A DNA stretch of 64,000 bases from Patescibacteria group bacterium (GTDB lineage Bacteria > Patescibacteriota > WWE3 > JAUXAW01 > JAYEID01): contig JAYEID010000010.1 of assembly GCA_034659915.1 (NCBI GenBank), positions 660 through 64,659 on the forward strand, in the 5' to 3' direction. Below, piece after piece: positions 41,007 through 51,185 of this stretch. The notes under the pieces were generated by a model. The model had not been told where the DNA came from. It did not search any database and was given only the letters and a program-made list of their open reading frames with translations. Numbering within the stretch: position 1 is the first letter of the stretch; each line of letters begins with the position of its first letter. Position numbers and translations under genes: made by a program.

Positions 41007-42896
41007 GTGCTGAGACCTATTATGAAGCCTGTTATTAAAGAGATAAAAGACTTTGTTGGCAAAAAAGTAAGCCAGAAATTTGATGTTTCTTTGGATGTTG
41101 AAATTGAGCATCCTCAGGATCTAGACCACGGTGACTTTGCAACTAATATTGCGTTTAAACTTGCTAATTCCCTTGGTAAGGCTCCGCGGGAGATAGCTGA
41201 GGATTTGGTTAATGATCTGTTTGTAAAAGAAAAGTTGCCTTCCTTTATTAGTTCTGTTGAGGTGGCTGGCCCTGGTTTTATTAATTTCTGGCTTTCAAAA
41301 GAATTTTTTTTACAGGAGGTACACAAGATTTTAGAAGATGGGGACAAATATGGTAGTAGTAAGATAGGACAAGGAAAGAATATTCTTCTTGAACATACAT
41401 CACCAGACCCAATAAAAACAATTCATGTTGGACATTTGCGAAATAATTTTTTGGGAATGGCAGCAGCGCGTCTTCTGGAAAAGTGCGGTTATTCTGTAAT
41501 TAAGGACTGCATAGACAATGATCGTGGTACGCATGTTTCCCGGGCAATGTGGGGATTTTTAGTGTTTGGTCGTAAATCCTTAGCACTTTCGAAAAAGCAA
41601 ATAAGTGAATTTGCGGTAGAGGATTCCCAGATAGAAGAAATGGGTAGTGGTGTTAATTGGCGAGAGCTTCTTTCAGAGTGGATAGAATTTCCCCAAAGGT
41701 GGTACAAGCCAGAGGACTTGGATCTTAAGCCAGATCACTTTGACTTACGTTTCTACTCCTTAGGTGACCGGGCAGAGATATTGGTTTCTGAAGTTGAAGG
41801 TCAGGTTAGGGAAATGTTACAAAGCTGGGAAAAGAAAGACAAAGCAGTTCGAGAGTTATGGAAGCAGATTATTAACTGGTCTCACAAAGGTTATGAGCAA
41901 ACTTACAATCGAATTGGTAGTGAGTTCGATCATGTCTGGCGAGAAAGTGAAATATATGAAGATGGGCGGAAAGTTGTCGAGAAAGGCGTGGAAAAGGGAA
42001 TTTTTAAGTGTCTAAATGATGGGGCTGTGTTGTCTGATCTTTCTGATTATGGGCTTTCGGACGCTATTCTTTTAAGGTCGGATGGGACCACTCTTTATCA
42101 TACTCTAGACCTTGCTTTAACTAAGAAAAAGAAGGAAAAGTTCCCTTCAGATTTGTATATTTGGTGTATTGGAAATGATCAGATATTGTACTTAAAGCAG
42201 TTGTTTGCTATGTGCGAACAATTGGGGATTGGTAGCAGAGAGCAGTTTTGCCATCTTAATTTTGGTTATGTGAATTTGAAGGGTGGAGAAAGGATGAGTA
42301 GCCGAACCGGAACTATTGTTTCCGCAGATAGGCTTTTGGATTTGTTGCATAAAGACGCGCTGCTACTTATTGAAAGTTCTGACTCTGTGCAGAAAGATAG
42401 TTTTTCTCTTGCTGAGAGAGAGGAGGTAGCAGAGGCTATTGCTTTGGGGGCTTTGAAATATGGTCTTTTAAAATACAGTCGAGAAAAGGATACTGAGTTT
42501 GACCCAGAAGAATCAGTAACATTGGAGGGTGATTCTGGACCCTATCTGCAATACTCGTATGCGCGCTGCTATTCTGTTCTTAAAAAGGCGGAGCAGAAAG
42601 AATTTGATTTTGGAAATGTCCAAGAATTAAAAAGTGAAGAAGAATCTTTATTGCGCACTCTATATTTATATCCCGAAGTGATAGAAGATGTTCAGCGCAA
42701 CTTTGGTTTAAATCGACTTTGTAGTTTTCTTTACGATTTGGCGCAAAAATATAATTCTTTCTACAACAGCTGTCCCATTCTAAATGCGGAAAGTAGGGAA
42801 GCGCGGAATTTGCGATTAGCTCTAACATTTGCTACTGCGCAAATTATAAAAGACGGTTTGAGTCTTTTAGGTATAAAAGTCTTAAAAAAGTTGTAA
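41007..42896 (+). CDS. argS: arginyl-tRNA synthetase
   Basis: HVGHLRNNFLG (HIGH), DALR anticodon-binding C-terminus, about 620 aa. Confidence 0.9.
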   Translation: MLRPIMKPVIKEIKDFVGKKVSQKFDVSLDVEIEHPQDLDHGDFATNIAFKLANSLGKAPREIAEDLVNDLFVKEKLPSFISSVEVAGPGFINFWLSKEFFLQEVHKILEDGDKYGSSKIGQGKNILLEHTSPDPIKTIHVGHLRNNFLGMAAARLLEKCGYSVIKDCIDNDRGTHVSRAMWGFLVFGRKSLALSKKQISEFAVEDSQIEEMGSGVNWRELLSEWIEFPQRWYKPEDLDLKPDHFDLRFYSLGDRAEILVSEVEGQVREMLQSWEKKDKAVRELWKQIINWSHKGYEQTYNRIGSEFDHVWRESEIYEDGRKVVEKGVEKGIFKCLNDGAVLSDLSDYGLSDAILLRSDGTTLYHTLDLALTKKKKEKFPSDLYIWCIGNDQILYLKQLFAMCEQLGIGSREQFCHLNFGYVNLKGGERMSSRTGTIVSADRLLDLLHKDALLLIESSDSVQKDSFSLAEREEVAEAIALGALKYGLLKYSREKDTEFDPEESVTLEGDSGPYLQYSYARCYSVLKKAEQKEFDFGNVQELKSEEESLLRTLYLYPEVIEDVQRNFGLNRLCSFLYDLAQKYNSFYNSCPILNAESREARNLRLALTFATAQIIKDGLSLLGIKVLKKL

Positions 42897-42906
42897 ACAT
42901 TTTGGC

Positions 42907-43587
42907 TTAAAGTGCAGAGTTGCCTGTGAGTTTAGCTGTCACAATGAGGCGATTTAAAGTTGTCCCTGGTGGGTGGCATGTTTGCAGGGTGAGGGTGGGT
43001 TCGGATGTTTCTCTAAGTAGTGGTGTAGTGTTAAATCCAGATACAATTTCTTTGTTACTTACCTCGTAGACAAACCGCTGATTATCCAAAACTACGCTTA
43101 CTCGGTCCCCTTTTTCTAGTTTCCTCAGAAGATTAAAAACTGTAGCATATTTGCCAAGTTCCCAAAAATTTAGAGAAGAGTGGGCAAACAGATAGGTGTT
43201 ACCTGCTTCTCCGGGCAGTGCTGTACCTTTTGCATGGGCTACCCCCCTGCGCATAGCTGCCATGTATTGGTCTTTACTGCCGGCGGGTACATTTTTGATG
43301 ACAGGTGCATTTACTCCAATTTTTTCAATTACAACTGCAAATTCCGAAGAGATAGGGGTGACTTTTAGGGGGGTAGGGGAATTTGCAAGAGGGGCGAAAA
43401 GGCTGTCCGGAGTCTTGGCGCAGTCTAGGTTGTAGATTTTACACTTAACACCTCTTTCGACTCTTTTAGCCCAGTACCACGCTTCAGATGATACTGTGGG
43501 CCAAATAGTTATTCCCAGAAGGAGAATTCCTCCAATAATTAAAGCATTTGCAATTGTTTCTAAAAAAAAGTGAAATCCAAATTTCAT
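42907..43587 (-). CDS. sortase-family transpeptidase
   Basis: N-terminal TM anchor and catalytic TLQTCHPPGT (TLxTC) signature. Confidence 0.75.
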   Translation of the reverse strand: MKFGFHFFLETIANALIIGGILLLGITIWPTVSSEAWYWAKRVERGVKCKIYNLDCAKTPDSLFAPLANSPTPLKVTPISSEFAVVIEKIGVNAPVIKNVPAGSKDQYMAAMRRGVAHAKGTALPGEAGNTYLFAHSSLNFWELGKYATVFNLLRKLEKGDRVSVVLDNQRFVYEVSNKEIVSGFNTTPLLRETSEPTLTLQTCHPPGTTLNRLIVTAKLTGNSAL

Positions 43588-43678
43588 TTAAGTTACACAG
43601 GGGCAGAAGTTAGCTTTTTAAGGTTGGCAGTAATTTGATTTTACCATAATTACAGGGTAAAATGTAGGTGTGGGATGT

Positions 43679-43755
43679 GTCCCTGTAGCTCAGTTGGAAA
43701 GAGCGAGCGCCTCCTAAGCGCTAGGTCGCTGGTTCGATTCCAGCCAGGGACACCA
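43679..43755 (+). tRNA. tRNA-Arg (CCT)
   Basis: Acceptor GTCCCTG/CAGGGAC, anticodon loop CTCCTAA, T-loop TTCGATT, encoded CCA. Confidence 0.85.
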
Positions 43756-43757
43756 TG

Positions 43758-43872
43758 CGCAGGCTTTAGGGTTCGCCCGTGCACCAGAGGCTGGAAGCCA
43801 CGGTGCAGGGCGCCGTGAACCGTATTTCGACGGAGTCGAAATCCTGGTTCTGCGGCGACTCCTGCCTGGGGC
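43758..43872 (+). ncRNA. unassigned structured RNA candidate (~115 nt) between tRNA-Arg and a tRNA-adjacent cassette
   Basis: 5' and 3' ends pair (GCAGGC..GTTCGCC with GGCGAC..CCTGC). Internal long hairpin GGTTCGCCCGTGCACC...GGTGCAGGGCG..GAACC with apical GGCUGGAAGCC, plus atttcgac-gga-gtcgaaat hairpin. Ends in ...GGGGCACCA immediately before the CCCCGACA cassette, like a tRNA 3' end. Weak resemblance to SRP RNA helix 8 (GGAAG..CCANGG..CAGG), not convincing. Confidence 0.25.
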
Positions 43873-43993
43873 ACCACCCCGACATACAGAGTTGGCAGAC
43901 CAACTCCCGTCGGGGCGCGCCCTGGCGAGAATTACAATGGTTTTGTATGTTGGGGTGCCCCGCAGGAAGCGCGCTAGTGCTTTGTATTGCGGG
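43873..43993 (+). repeat. tRNA-adjacent cassette copy (hairpin ccccgacatacagagttggcagaccaactcccgtcgggg; TACAAT; GGGGTGCCCCGCAGGAAGCG..GCTTTGTATTGCGGGGCA)
   Basis: Same module order as 15850, 16359, 35285, 57325. Inner-stem compensatory changes between copies: gagttgg/ccaactc, gaatcgg/ccgattc, aaaccgac/gtcggttt. Confidence 0.65.
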
Positions 43994-44038
43994 GCAGATT
44001 AGAATTTGATTGAGTGTATTTAATATATTGTATATCCT

Positions 44039-44113
44039 CGGGGACTGGCCCAATGGTAGGGCGCGCCGTTCGGGTCGGCGAGGTTTCCGGTTCGAGTCCG
44101 GAGTCCCCGACCA
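44039..44113 (+). tRNA. tRNA-Pro (CGG)
   Basis: Acceptor CGGGGAC/GTCCCCG, anticodon loop TTCGGGT, T-loop TTCGAGT, CCA encoded; followed by two GC hairpins. Confidence 0.85.
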
Positions 44114-44373
44114 CCGCGCTCAGCGCGGTGATGGCACGCTTAGCGTGCCCACGGTTCTATACATTAAATGCAACGACCGCTGAGCGGGCCGACAGGCTCA
44201 CCATAAGATATGGAGGGTGCAGAGTTTTACGGAGCGGACGAGAAGCTTGTCCGGTGCATGGCAAGCCACCTTGTGTGGACTGACATGCTTTGGACAACCT
44301 CGTACGTTTACCCACTTTATCTAGGCTTAAACTATCGTTCAATGTTAATTAGCGAGGATTTTCAGTCTTGTAC

Positions 44374-45501
44374 TCACCTTATTCCTAATGCGTAGAGATT
44401 AGGTGGTGAGTTTTCTTTGAAAGATGTCAAAATAATTAAGTTAGAGCCATCGGGAGTTGCAGTTACAGGGAAGCCTTCTTCTAGATTTCCGCTATAAACT
44501 TCTTTTTGGTTTTTGCCATCAATGTCAATTACACTAATCTTTTTTTCCTCTTGTATTATCAGGTGCTTACTGGTTGCGTACCAACTGACTCTAGTATTAC
44601 TATCTTTTCCTTTCCTAAGTGCTAGATAATGCCTTTTCTTTCCTACTCCTAAAGGTTTTTCTCCGTTATAGACATGCCATTCTGTATGCTTTTCGCTGTC
44701 TTTGGTAAAGAGAAATCGCTTTTCATCGTGGGACCACTTAGTGTTTGGATCCAGTGCTATATCTTCGAATTCTTCCTCTATTTCAATTTTGTTTAACCAC
44801 TCCTTTCTTTTTTCCTTAATAGCTGTTTCCCATTCTGCAAGAGTTGGCTCAGCAGAAGTTGTTGCTTCTTCCTGCGTTCCTCTCCGGGTATCTAAGACAA
44901 CGTAACCTCTAGGATTTAGTGTTACTAAAAGGGTATTTTCCTTTGGTCCCCATTCTAGATTTTCAGCAAGTGAGAAAGTCCTTGTTAATGTATCTGCGGC
45001 AATCAAGCGTGGGTTTTCTTGGATAATGTTGAGTAATGAGGGAGAGGTAAGTTCTAGTACCCAGATTCCCGGAGGATCGCTTCTTCTGGATGTGTAAGCT
45101 ATTCTTTCTCCTGTTGGAGATATTTTGGCTATTTCAATTCCGGAAGCAGTCATGGGGTTGAGCCGTGGTGATCTCAGAACTAGTAAAGCATCTATTTCTG
45201 TGATTAAACCTTCAAAAACCTCTACCTCTTTTTCCCAGGTGGTGAATCCTTCCTTTTTTATTTCCAAGTTATGCATTCCCGGAGTTACGGAGTCCAAAAC
45301 AGAATTGGTAGTTTCAACTAACTTTCCATCCAGGTATACTTTAGCTTCGCTTGGTGTTGATTGGGCAAGTATCATTCCCGTCTTTTTGATTTCTTTTTCA
45401 GCAAAATTATAAGTGTAGCCTCTGGCAACTAGGATAGCTATTACAGTTATGGAAAGAAGGGTTGTGAAAGTAGTGAGGAAGATTGTAACTCTTCTATTCA
45501 T
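44374..45501 (-). CDS. PEGA-domain protein with TolB-like beta-propeller region, membrane-anchored
   Basis: N-terminal TM, then PEGA-like AKVYLDGKLVETTNSVLDSVTPGMHNLEIKKEGF; remainder is beta-rich. Confidence 0.45.
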   Translation of the reverse strand: MNRRVTIFLTTFTTLLSITVIAILVARGYTYNFAEKEIKKTGMILAQSTPSEAKVYLDGKLVETTNSVLDSVTPGMHNLEIKKEGFTTWEKEVEVFEGLITEIDALLVLRSPRLNPMTASGIEIAKISPTGERIAYTSRRSDPPGIWVLELTSPSLLNIIQENPRLIAADTLTRTFSLAENLEWGPKENTLLVTLNPRGYVVLDTRRGTQEEATTSAEPTLAEWETAIKEKRKEWLNKIEIEEEFEDIALDPNTKWSHDEKRFLFTKDSEKHTEWHVYNGEKPLGVGKKRHYLALRKGKDSNTRVSWYATSKHLIIQEEKKISVIDIDGKNQKEVYSGNLEEGFPVTATPDGSNLIILTSFKENSPPNLYALGIR

Positions 45502-45577
45502 TGCGCTGCCTATTATAGCACAAACTTCTACCCTCTCGTTAGGTAGCTTATTTTTATGATAAACTACTTGCGGAACA

Positions 45578-46588
45578 ATGAGTGTTTTAAGTAAGAAAAT
45601 TGCTATTGATTTAGGTACAGCAAACTCTGTTGTTTATAAAGCAGGGGAGGGAATTATTTTGAATGAACCCACGGTGGTAGCGGTTACTGTGGATGACAGA
45701 AAGGTTGTGGCTGTAGGGGGAGCTGCAAAAGAGATGTTGGGCAGAACTCCTACCAATATAAGTGCCAATCGCCCAATGAGAGATGGGGTGATTGCTGATT
45801 ATGCTGCGACTGAAGCGCTTTTAAAATATTTTATTGATAAAGCTACTGGTCCTTCAAGGTTTGCCCGACCTGTGGTTATGGTTTCTGTACCTGCTGGTGT
45901 TACTTCGGTGGAGTCGCGAGCAGTGTTGGATGCTACTCTCTCAGCTGGTGCTAGAAAAGCATATTTGATTCCTGAACCTTTAGCAGCTGCTATTGGTGCG
46001 GGAATTCCGATTTCAGAAGCGCGGGGGAATATGATTATTAACTCTGGTGGAGGGACAACAGAGGTTGCTATGGTTTCGCTAGGAGGTATTGTTGCTCAGA
46101 ACAGTTTACGGGTGGGTGGAAATAGTTTAGACGCAAGTATTGTCCAACATTTGCGGCGAGAATATAATCTTAGTGTGGGGGAACAAACTGCGGAGCAGAT
46201 AAAGATAGAGATAGGATCTGCAACTCCTTTGGAGGAAGGTTTGCGTAAGGATGTACGTGGCAGGGATAGTATTTCTGGCCTTCCGCGCACAGTGAATATT
46301 AGTTCGCACGAGATTACCAAAGCTTTGAGAAGACCTCTTTCTGAGATGACCCAATCTGTTCGCCGGGTGTTAGAGAAAATACCTCCGGAGCTGGCAAGTG
46401 ATGTGGTGGATAGGGGTATGACAATGTCAGGAGGTACGGGAACACTAAGAAATTTGGACAAATTTCTTACCAAGGAGACTGGTGTTCCAGCGCATGTTGC
46501 TGACGATCCCATCTTTTGTGTAGTTCGAGGTTGCGCAAAGGCAATAGAAAATATTGAAGTTTTTAGGAAAAATCTTACAGTGCGGTAA
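45578..46588 (+). CDS. mreB: rod shape-determining protein MreB
   Basis: IDLGTANSVVY phosphate-1 motif, actin-fold signatures, about 336 aa. Confidence 0.9.
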   Translation: MSVLSKKIAIDLGTANSVVYKAGEGIILNEPTVVAVTVDDRKVVAVGGAAKEMLGRTPTNISANRPMRDGVIADYAATEALLKYFIDKATGPSRFARPVVMVSVPAGVTSVESRAVLDATLSAGARKAYLIPEPLAAAIGAGIPISEARGNMIINSGGGTTEVAMVSLGGIVAQNSLRVGGNSLDASIVQHLRREYNLSVGEQTAEQIKIEIGSATPLEEGLRKDVRGRDSISGLPRTVNISSHEITKALRRPLSEMTQSVRRVLEKIPPELASDVVDRGMTMSGGTGTLRNLDKFLTKETGVPAHVADDPIFCVVRGCAKAIENIEVFRKNLTVR

Positions 46589-46784
46589 ACAGTAAAGAGG
46601 AGACTGGAGACTCGTAATAGGAGATAAGAAATAGAAAATAAAGGCTAAATTTTAAATTACATATCCGCTAGCCGTGCTGAAGCAGTGGGTCGAGGGTGGG
46701 CGAAGCCCCCCCAAATAAATACTAAATACTAAATACTAAATACTAAATACTAAATACTAATTGTTAGCTACTAATTACTAATCT

Positions 46785-47927
46785 ATGAAAATTGGATTTG
46801 ATGCTAGCCAGATCACAGCACCCCAAAAAGCTGGCACTGGTAACTACTCTTATTGCTTGGCTCAAGCCCTTGCTGCGTGTGATTCAGACAACAGTTACAT
46901 TTTTTTCTTTCGTAAGAATCCTTCGGACCAGGTCAAAGAAACAATTTTTGCTAGGAATTCCGATTTTTCTTATAAAGTTTTGGAGACTTCTTTTTTGTGG
47001 ACGCATGGTGCTTTAGCTAAAGAAACTTTTTTAGGTGAATTAGACTTGCTGTTTATGTCTTATCCCACTTTGCCTCTAATAAGGGATCCTTCCCTTAAAA
47101 CAGTAGTTACTTTTCACGATCTGGGTTTTGATTTTCTTCCTGAATACCAAAAATTTCTAAAAAAATATTTTTTGAGGCTGTTTCCGCGCATTGCAGCTAA
47201 GCAAGCTACTCGTATAATTGCTGTTTCTAGTTCTACTAAAGAAGCTTTGGTAGAAAAGTACAATGTTTCTCCCGCGAAGGTGAGTGTGATTTATGAAGGC
47301 GTTGATGTTCCCCGGTTCCAAAAAACATACTCCAGTGTCGAGAAAAAAGCTACTTTTTCTAAATATAATGTTAAAAAACCTTTTATCCTTTTTGTGGGTA
47401 CCATCCAACCCCGCAAAAATTTGGAAAGGCTAATTGCAGCTTTTTCAAGGTTAAAGCAGCGTTCTGATGAGAAGTTGGCAAATTTAAGCCTAGTGTTGGC
47501 AGGGAAGCGGGGGTGGCTCGCAGACGAGGTATATTTAGCTCCTCAGAAATACAAGGTTGGTAGTTGGGTTAACTTTTTGGGGCGCGTACCAGATGAAGAT
47601 TTACCTCTCCTGTATCAGGAGGCAGAGTGTGTAGCGTTTCCTAGCCTTTTGGAAGGGTTTGGGTTACCTGTTTTGGAAGCTATGGCTGCGGGAACCTCTG
47701 TAGTCACATCTCGCGTTTCCAGCCTGCCGGAGGTAGGGGGAGATGCTGCTTTTTATGTTGATCCACAGGATGTTGAAAGTATTGCTTCTGGTTTGTATAA
47801 GGTGTTAACTGATGTGGATTTGAGAGAAAAATTAATTGAAAAAGGGCTGCAGCGAGTAGGTGACTTTAGTTGGGAGAGTTCTGCGAAGAAATTGCTTAAT
47901 GTTTTTGAGAAAGTAGATAAGAAATAA
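46785..47927 (+). CDS. glycosyltransferase family 4 (GT-B)
   Basis: C-terminal EGFGLPVLEAMAAGTSVV GT4 motif. Confidence 0.75.
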   Translation: MKIGFDASQITAPQKAGTGNYSYCLAQALAACDSDNSYIFFFRKNPSDQVKETIFARNSDFSYKVLETSFLWTHGALAKETFLGELDLLFMSYPTLPLIRDPSLKTVVTFHDLGFDFLPEYQKFLKKYFLRLFPRIAAKQATRIIAVSSSTKEALVEKYNVSPAKVSVIYEGVDVPRFQKTYSSVEKKATFSKYNVKKPFILFVGTIQPRKNLERLIAAFSRLKQRSDEKLANLSLVLAGKRGWLADEVYLAPQKYKVGSWVNFLGRVPDEDLPLLYQEAECVAFPSLLEGFGLPVLEAMAAGTSVVTSRVSSLPEVGGDAAFYVDPQDVESIASGLYKVLTDVDLREKLIEKGLQRVGDFSWESSAKKLLNVFEKVDKK

Positions 47928-48183
47928 ATTACAAATGACAAATAGCAAATCACGGAAAGAAATTACTTCCTTCGGAAGTGAAATTAATCAGAATTGAAAT
48001 TACGCTCGGAAGCGTGAAATTAAATTTGATTGCTTATTGTTGATTGTTAATTGCTGATAGATAAAGAAGAGATAAGGGATAAGAGATAATAAATACGAAA
48101 TTCGAAATACGAAGCTCCAAATAAAAAAGAAATACTAAATACTAAATACTTACTACTTGATGCTTACTACTAGCTACTAATTC
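47928..48183. repeat. composite spacer repeat, inverted orientation relative to 33806-34063
   Basis: aaataaattacaaatgacaaat equals the 23S insert interior. gattgcttattgttgattgttaattgctgatag is the reverse complement of the 33900 caat units; gataagggataagagataataaatacgaaat is the reverse complement of the ccttatt units; (aatactaaatact)n follows. Confidence 0.7.
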
Positions 48184-48915
48184 ATGAAAATACTAGGTGT
48201 TCGTGTTGACAATGTAACCATATCTGAGGCGGTGGAAAAGATAGGGGAATTGGTGGTGGATAGCGGGAAACATTATGTGGTTACACCCAATTCCGAGTTT
48301 ATTGTTGATGCTCAAAAAGATATAAAATTTAAAGATATTTTAAACAATGCGGATCTCTCTATTCCTGATGGTATGGGTGTTGTTATTGCTTCCCGCTTTT
48401 ATGGTACTGGTTTAAAACAGCGCGTGGCAGGAACAGATCTGGTAGACAAGCTTTGTCGGGAAGCAGCACGAAAAGGCTGGACAGTATTTTTTCTAGGAGG
48501 TCTTCAAGGAGTAGGGGAAAGGTCTGGTAAGGTTTTGCAGAAAAAATACCCCCAGTTAAAAATTGCGGGTACGTACGAGGGAAAAAGGGAAAAAAAGTAT
48601 GATCAGGAGACAGTTCAGGGAATAAAGAATATTTTAGAAGGCAGAAGAGTGGATATATTGTTTGTTGCCTATGGTCATGGTTATCAGGAGAAATGGATAG
48701 AAAGAAATTTGGAGCGCCTGCCTGTTTCTGTTGCAGTTGGGGTGGGTGGGGCGTTTGATTTCATTTCTAAGTATATACCTCGCGCTCCGGTATGGATGCA
48801 AAGAATAGGTTTGGAGTGGCTTTTTCGGTTGGTTCAGCAACCATGGAGGTGGAGAAGGATTTTTAAGGCAGTTGTGGTATTTCCTTGGTTGGTGTTTAAA
48901 GATAAGTTAATTTAG
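48184..48915 (+). CDS. WecB/TagA/CpsF family glycosyltransferase (GT26)
   Basis: MKILGVRVDNVT...FFLGG...VGVGGAFDF pattern typical of the TagA/WecG family. Confidence 0.75.
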   Translation: MKILGVRVDNVTISEAVEKIGELVVDSGKHYVVTPNSEFIVDAQKDIKFKDILNNADLSIPDGMGVVIASRFYGTGLKQRVAGTDLVDKLCREAARKGWTVFFLGGLQGVGERSGKVLQKKYPQLKIAGTYEGKREKKYDQETVQGIKNILEGRRVDILFVAYGHGYQEKWIERNLERLPVSVAVGVGGAFDFISKYIPRAPVWMQRIGLEWLFRLVQQPWRWRRIFKAVVVFPWLVFKDKLI

Positions 48916-49069
48916 CACTGGTGAACCCCAGTACCAGAATCCCGACAAGTCGGGATACGGTACGGGGTTAGTTCGGCTTACTGAGAAACCTGCGCTTACA
49001 GCTTGGTTTCTCAGAACCTCACTAAAAAAATAACCCCGGGGTGACTCCGGGACAATGATCTGTCTAGAG

Positions 49070-49097
49070 CCACACCGGGGTGTGGTTTTGTCTTTTT
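49070..49097 (+). terminator. rho-independent terminator
   Basis: CCACAC-cggg-GTGTGG followed by TTTTGTCTTTTT. Confidence 0.55.
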
Positions 49098-49273
49098 GCA
49101 GCTGCCTACTTTTTGTAACTGGGAGGAGTTTGGGTCCAATCGCATTGAATGGGTTGCCAAACTATAATTTCAGGAAGTTATCCAGTTTTTAAAGTGCATT
49201 TCGCGTCTGCCTCTTAGTTTCTGCCTATATTTTTACCATATCTGTAAACTTCTTATTTGTCAAGTGTTAATGT

Positions 49274-50899
49274 GTGGGGTATAATGCGTGTAACCTGCTT
49301 GTTATGACCTCAAGCGTTTTGGATCAGCTACAAAGCATAGTTTCTCCGCAGGGAGGTGAAGACCTTCGTATTTTAATGGTTGCGCCGGAATGTACACCTT
49401 ATGCAAATGTGGGTGGTTTTTCGCGTGTTCTGGGTTATCTCTCTAGGGAGTTGCGCGGTCTAGGTGTGGATGCGCGTGTTTTTATGCCAAAATTTGGGCA
49501 AATTGATGAGGATAAGTACAAGATGGAAATGGTTTTGGAAGGTTTGGAGGTTCCAACTGGGGTAGAGGGGGGTGAGAGAGATGTTTTGGTGTGTAATGTT
49601 AAGAAACACCAAGCGCCAGGAGGTGCCCCGGTGTACTTTTTGGAAAATATGGAGTATTACGAGAAGAGAGCTAATGTTTATGGTTATTCTGACGATCCTG
49701 TTCGTTGGGCGTTACTTTCTCGGGGTGCTTTAGAGTTTTTGCGCCACAATGACGGAGCCAGATTTCCAGCAGACCGGGATTGGCTGCCTCATGTAATCCA
49801 TTGTAATGACTGGGAAACAGGGCATATACCGAATTATCTTAGAACTGTCTACGGAAACGATCCCCGGTTACAGGGAATTGCTACTATTTTTACTATTCAT
49901 AATCTTCAATACCAGGGCATGTTTGATCACCGTAATGTAAGCGAGTTGGATTATGACGACGGGCGAAGTGCTATTGCCCCCTTCTTTTCTGATCGGCTTC
50001 CCAAACAAAACTTTATGCGCCGGGGCATAATTTATTCAGATGTGGTAAATACTGTTTCCAAGACGTACGCCAAGGAGATTCTTACTCCGGAATATGGTGA
50101 AGGTCTAGATAGGCTTCTTTTAGAAGTGCGGTCAAAACTGTTTGGTGTGTTAAACGGAATTGATTACGACGAATTTAATCCTAAAACTGATAAATTAATT
50201 GAGGAGAATTATGATATCCGTTCTTTAAGTAAGAGAGTAGAGAATAAATTAGCTTTGCAAGAGGAGTTTGACCTTCCCCAAGATGAAGATATTTTTGTAA
50301 CAGGGTTTGTTGGTCGCTTGGCAGATCAAAAAGGGTTAGATCTTATTTTCAAGACTTTTTGGCCTTTTCTTAAGAATTTTGATGCCCAGTTTGTTCAGGT
50401 AGGTGGGGGTGATGGGCACTGTATTGAAACGCTCAAGAAGATGAAGAAAGATTTTCCCGATAAAATTGGTATCCACCCCATGGCTAACTTTACACTTCCT
50501 CGCCTTATTTTTTCAGGGTCAGATGTTATGCTTTTTCCCTCTAAGTTTGAGCCGTGTGGAATAACTCAGCTGGAAGCAATGCGTTACGGGTCAATTCCCA
50601 TTGCGCGCGAAGTCGGGGGTTTGGCAGATACGGTAAGAGACTTTGATTCCAAGACAGGGAAAGGGACTGGCTTTACTTTTAAGGGTTATGACAAGTGGGA
50701 GTTTTTTGCTCAGGTAGTTCGTGCTTATGAAACATTTCACTATTCTGAAGTATGGCGTGGATTAATGAGACAAGCAATGCAAGCAGACTTTTCTTGGACT
50801 GCTAGTGCCAAGGGATATATAGATCTCTATCAGAAAGCTATTCATTTTCGCCGCCAGGATCTAGTTTCGGAAGGTGTTATTTCTCCGGATGAAGTTTAG
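49274..50899 (+). CDS. glgA: glycogen/starch synthase (GT5)
   Basis: N-terminal ILMVAPECTPYANVGGFSRVLGYLSRELRGLGVDARVFMPKFG matches the GlgA K-x-G-G-L-type motif region; C-terminal GT-B half. Confidence 0.8.
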   Translation: MGYNACNLLVMTSSVLDQLQSIVSPQGGEDLRILMVAPECTPYANVGGFSRVLGYLSRELRGLGVDARVFMPKFGQIDEDKYKMEMVLEGLEVPTGVEGGERDVLVCNVKKHQAPGGAPVYFLENMEYYEKRANVYGYSDDPVRWALLSRGALEFLRHNDGARFPADRDWLPHVIHCNDWETGHIPNYLRTVYGNDPRLQGIATIFTIHNLQYQGMFDHRNVSELDYDDGRSAIAPFFSDRLPKQNFMRRGIIYSDVVNTVSKTYAKEILTPEYGEGLDRLLLEVRSKLFGVLNGIDYDEFNPKTDKLIEENYDIRSLSKRVENKLALQEEFDLPQDEDIFVTGFVGRLADQKGLDLIFKTFWPFLKNFDAQFVQVGGGDGHCIETLKKMKKDFPDKIGIHPMANFTLPRLIFSGSDVMLFPSKFEPCGITQLEAMRYGSIPIAREVGGLADTVRDFDSKTGKGTGFTFKGYDKWEFFAQVVRAYETFHYSEVWRGLMRQAMQADFSWTASAKGYIDLYQKAIHFRRQDLVSEGVISPDEV

Positions 50900-51185
50900 T
50901 ATGGCCAATAGACTACAAATAATTAAGGTATAAATCCTATTTATGCTACGAATTGGGATGGCTAAATAACAAATTACAAGTAACAAGTTCCAAATGAAGA
51001 AATACGAAATTCTAAACTCTAAGCTCTAAATAAACAAGGAATAAACGAATTAAAGAATAAGAGATAGGGAATAGAGAATAAATTTTAAATTTTGAATTAC
51101 CAATTTTAAATTACATACCCTCCAGCCGAGGTAGAGAAAGAGGAGACGAAGGAGAGACTTGGAACTTCACTAAAATAAAATTCCT

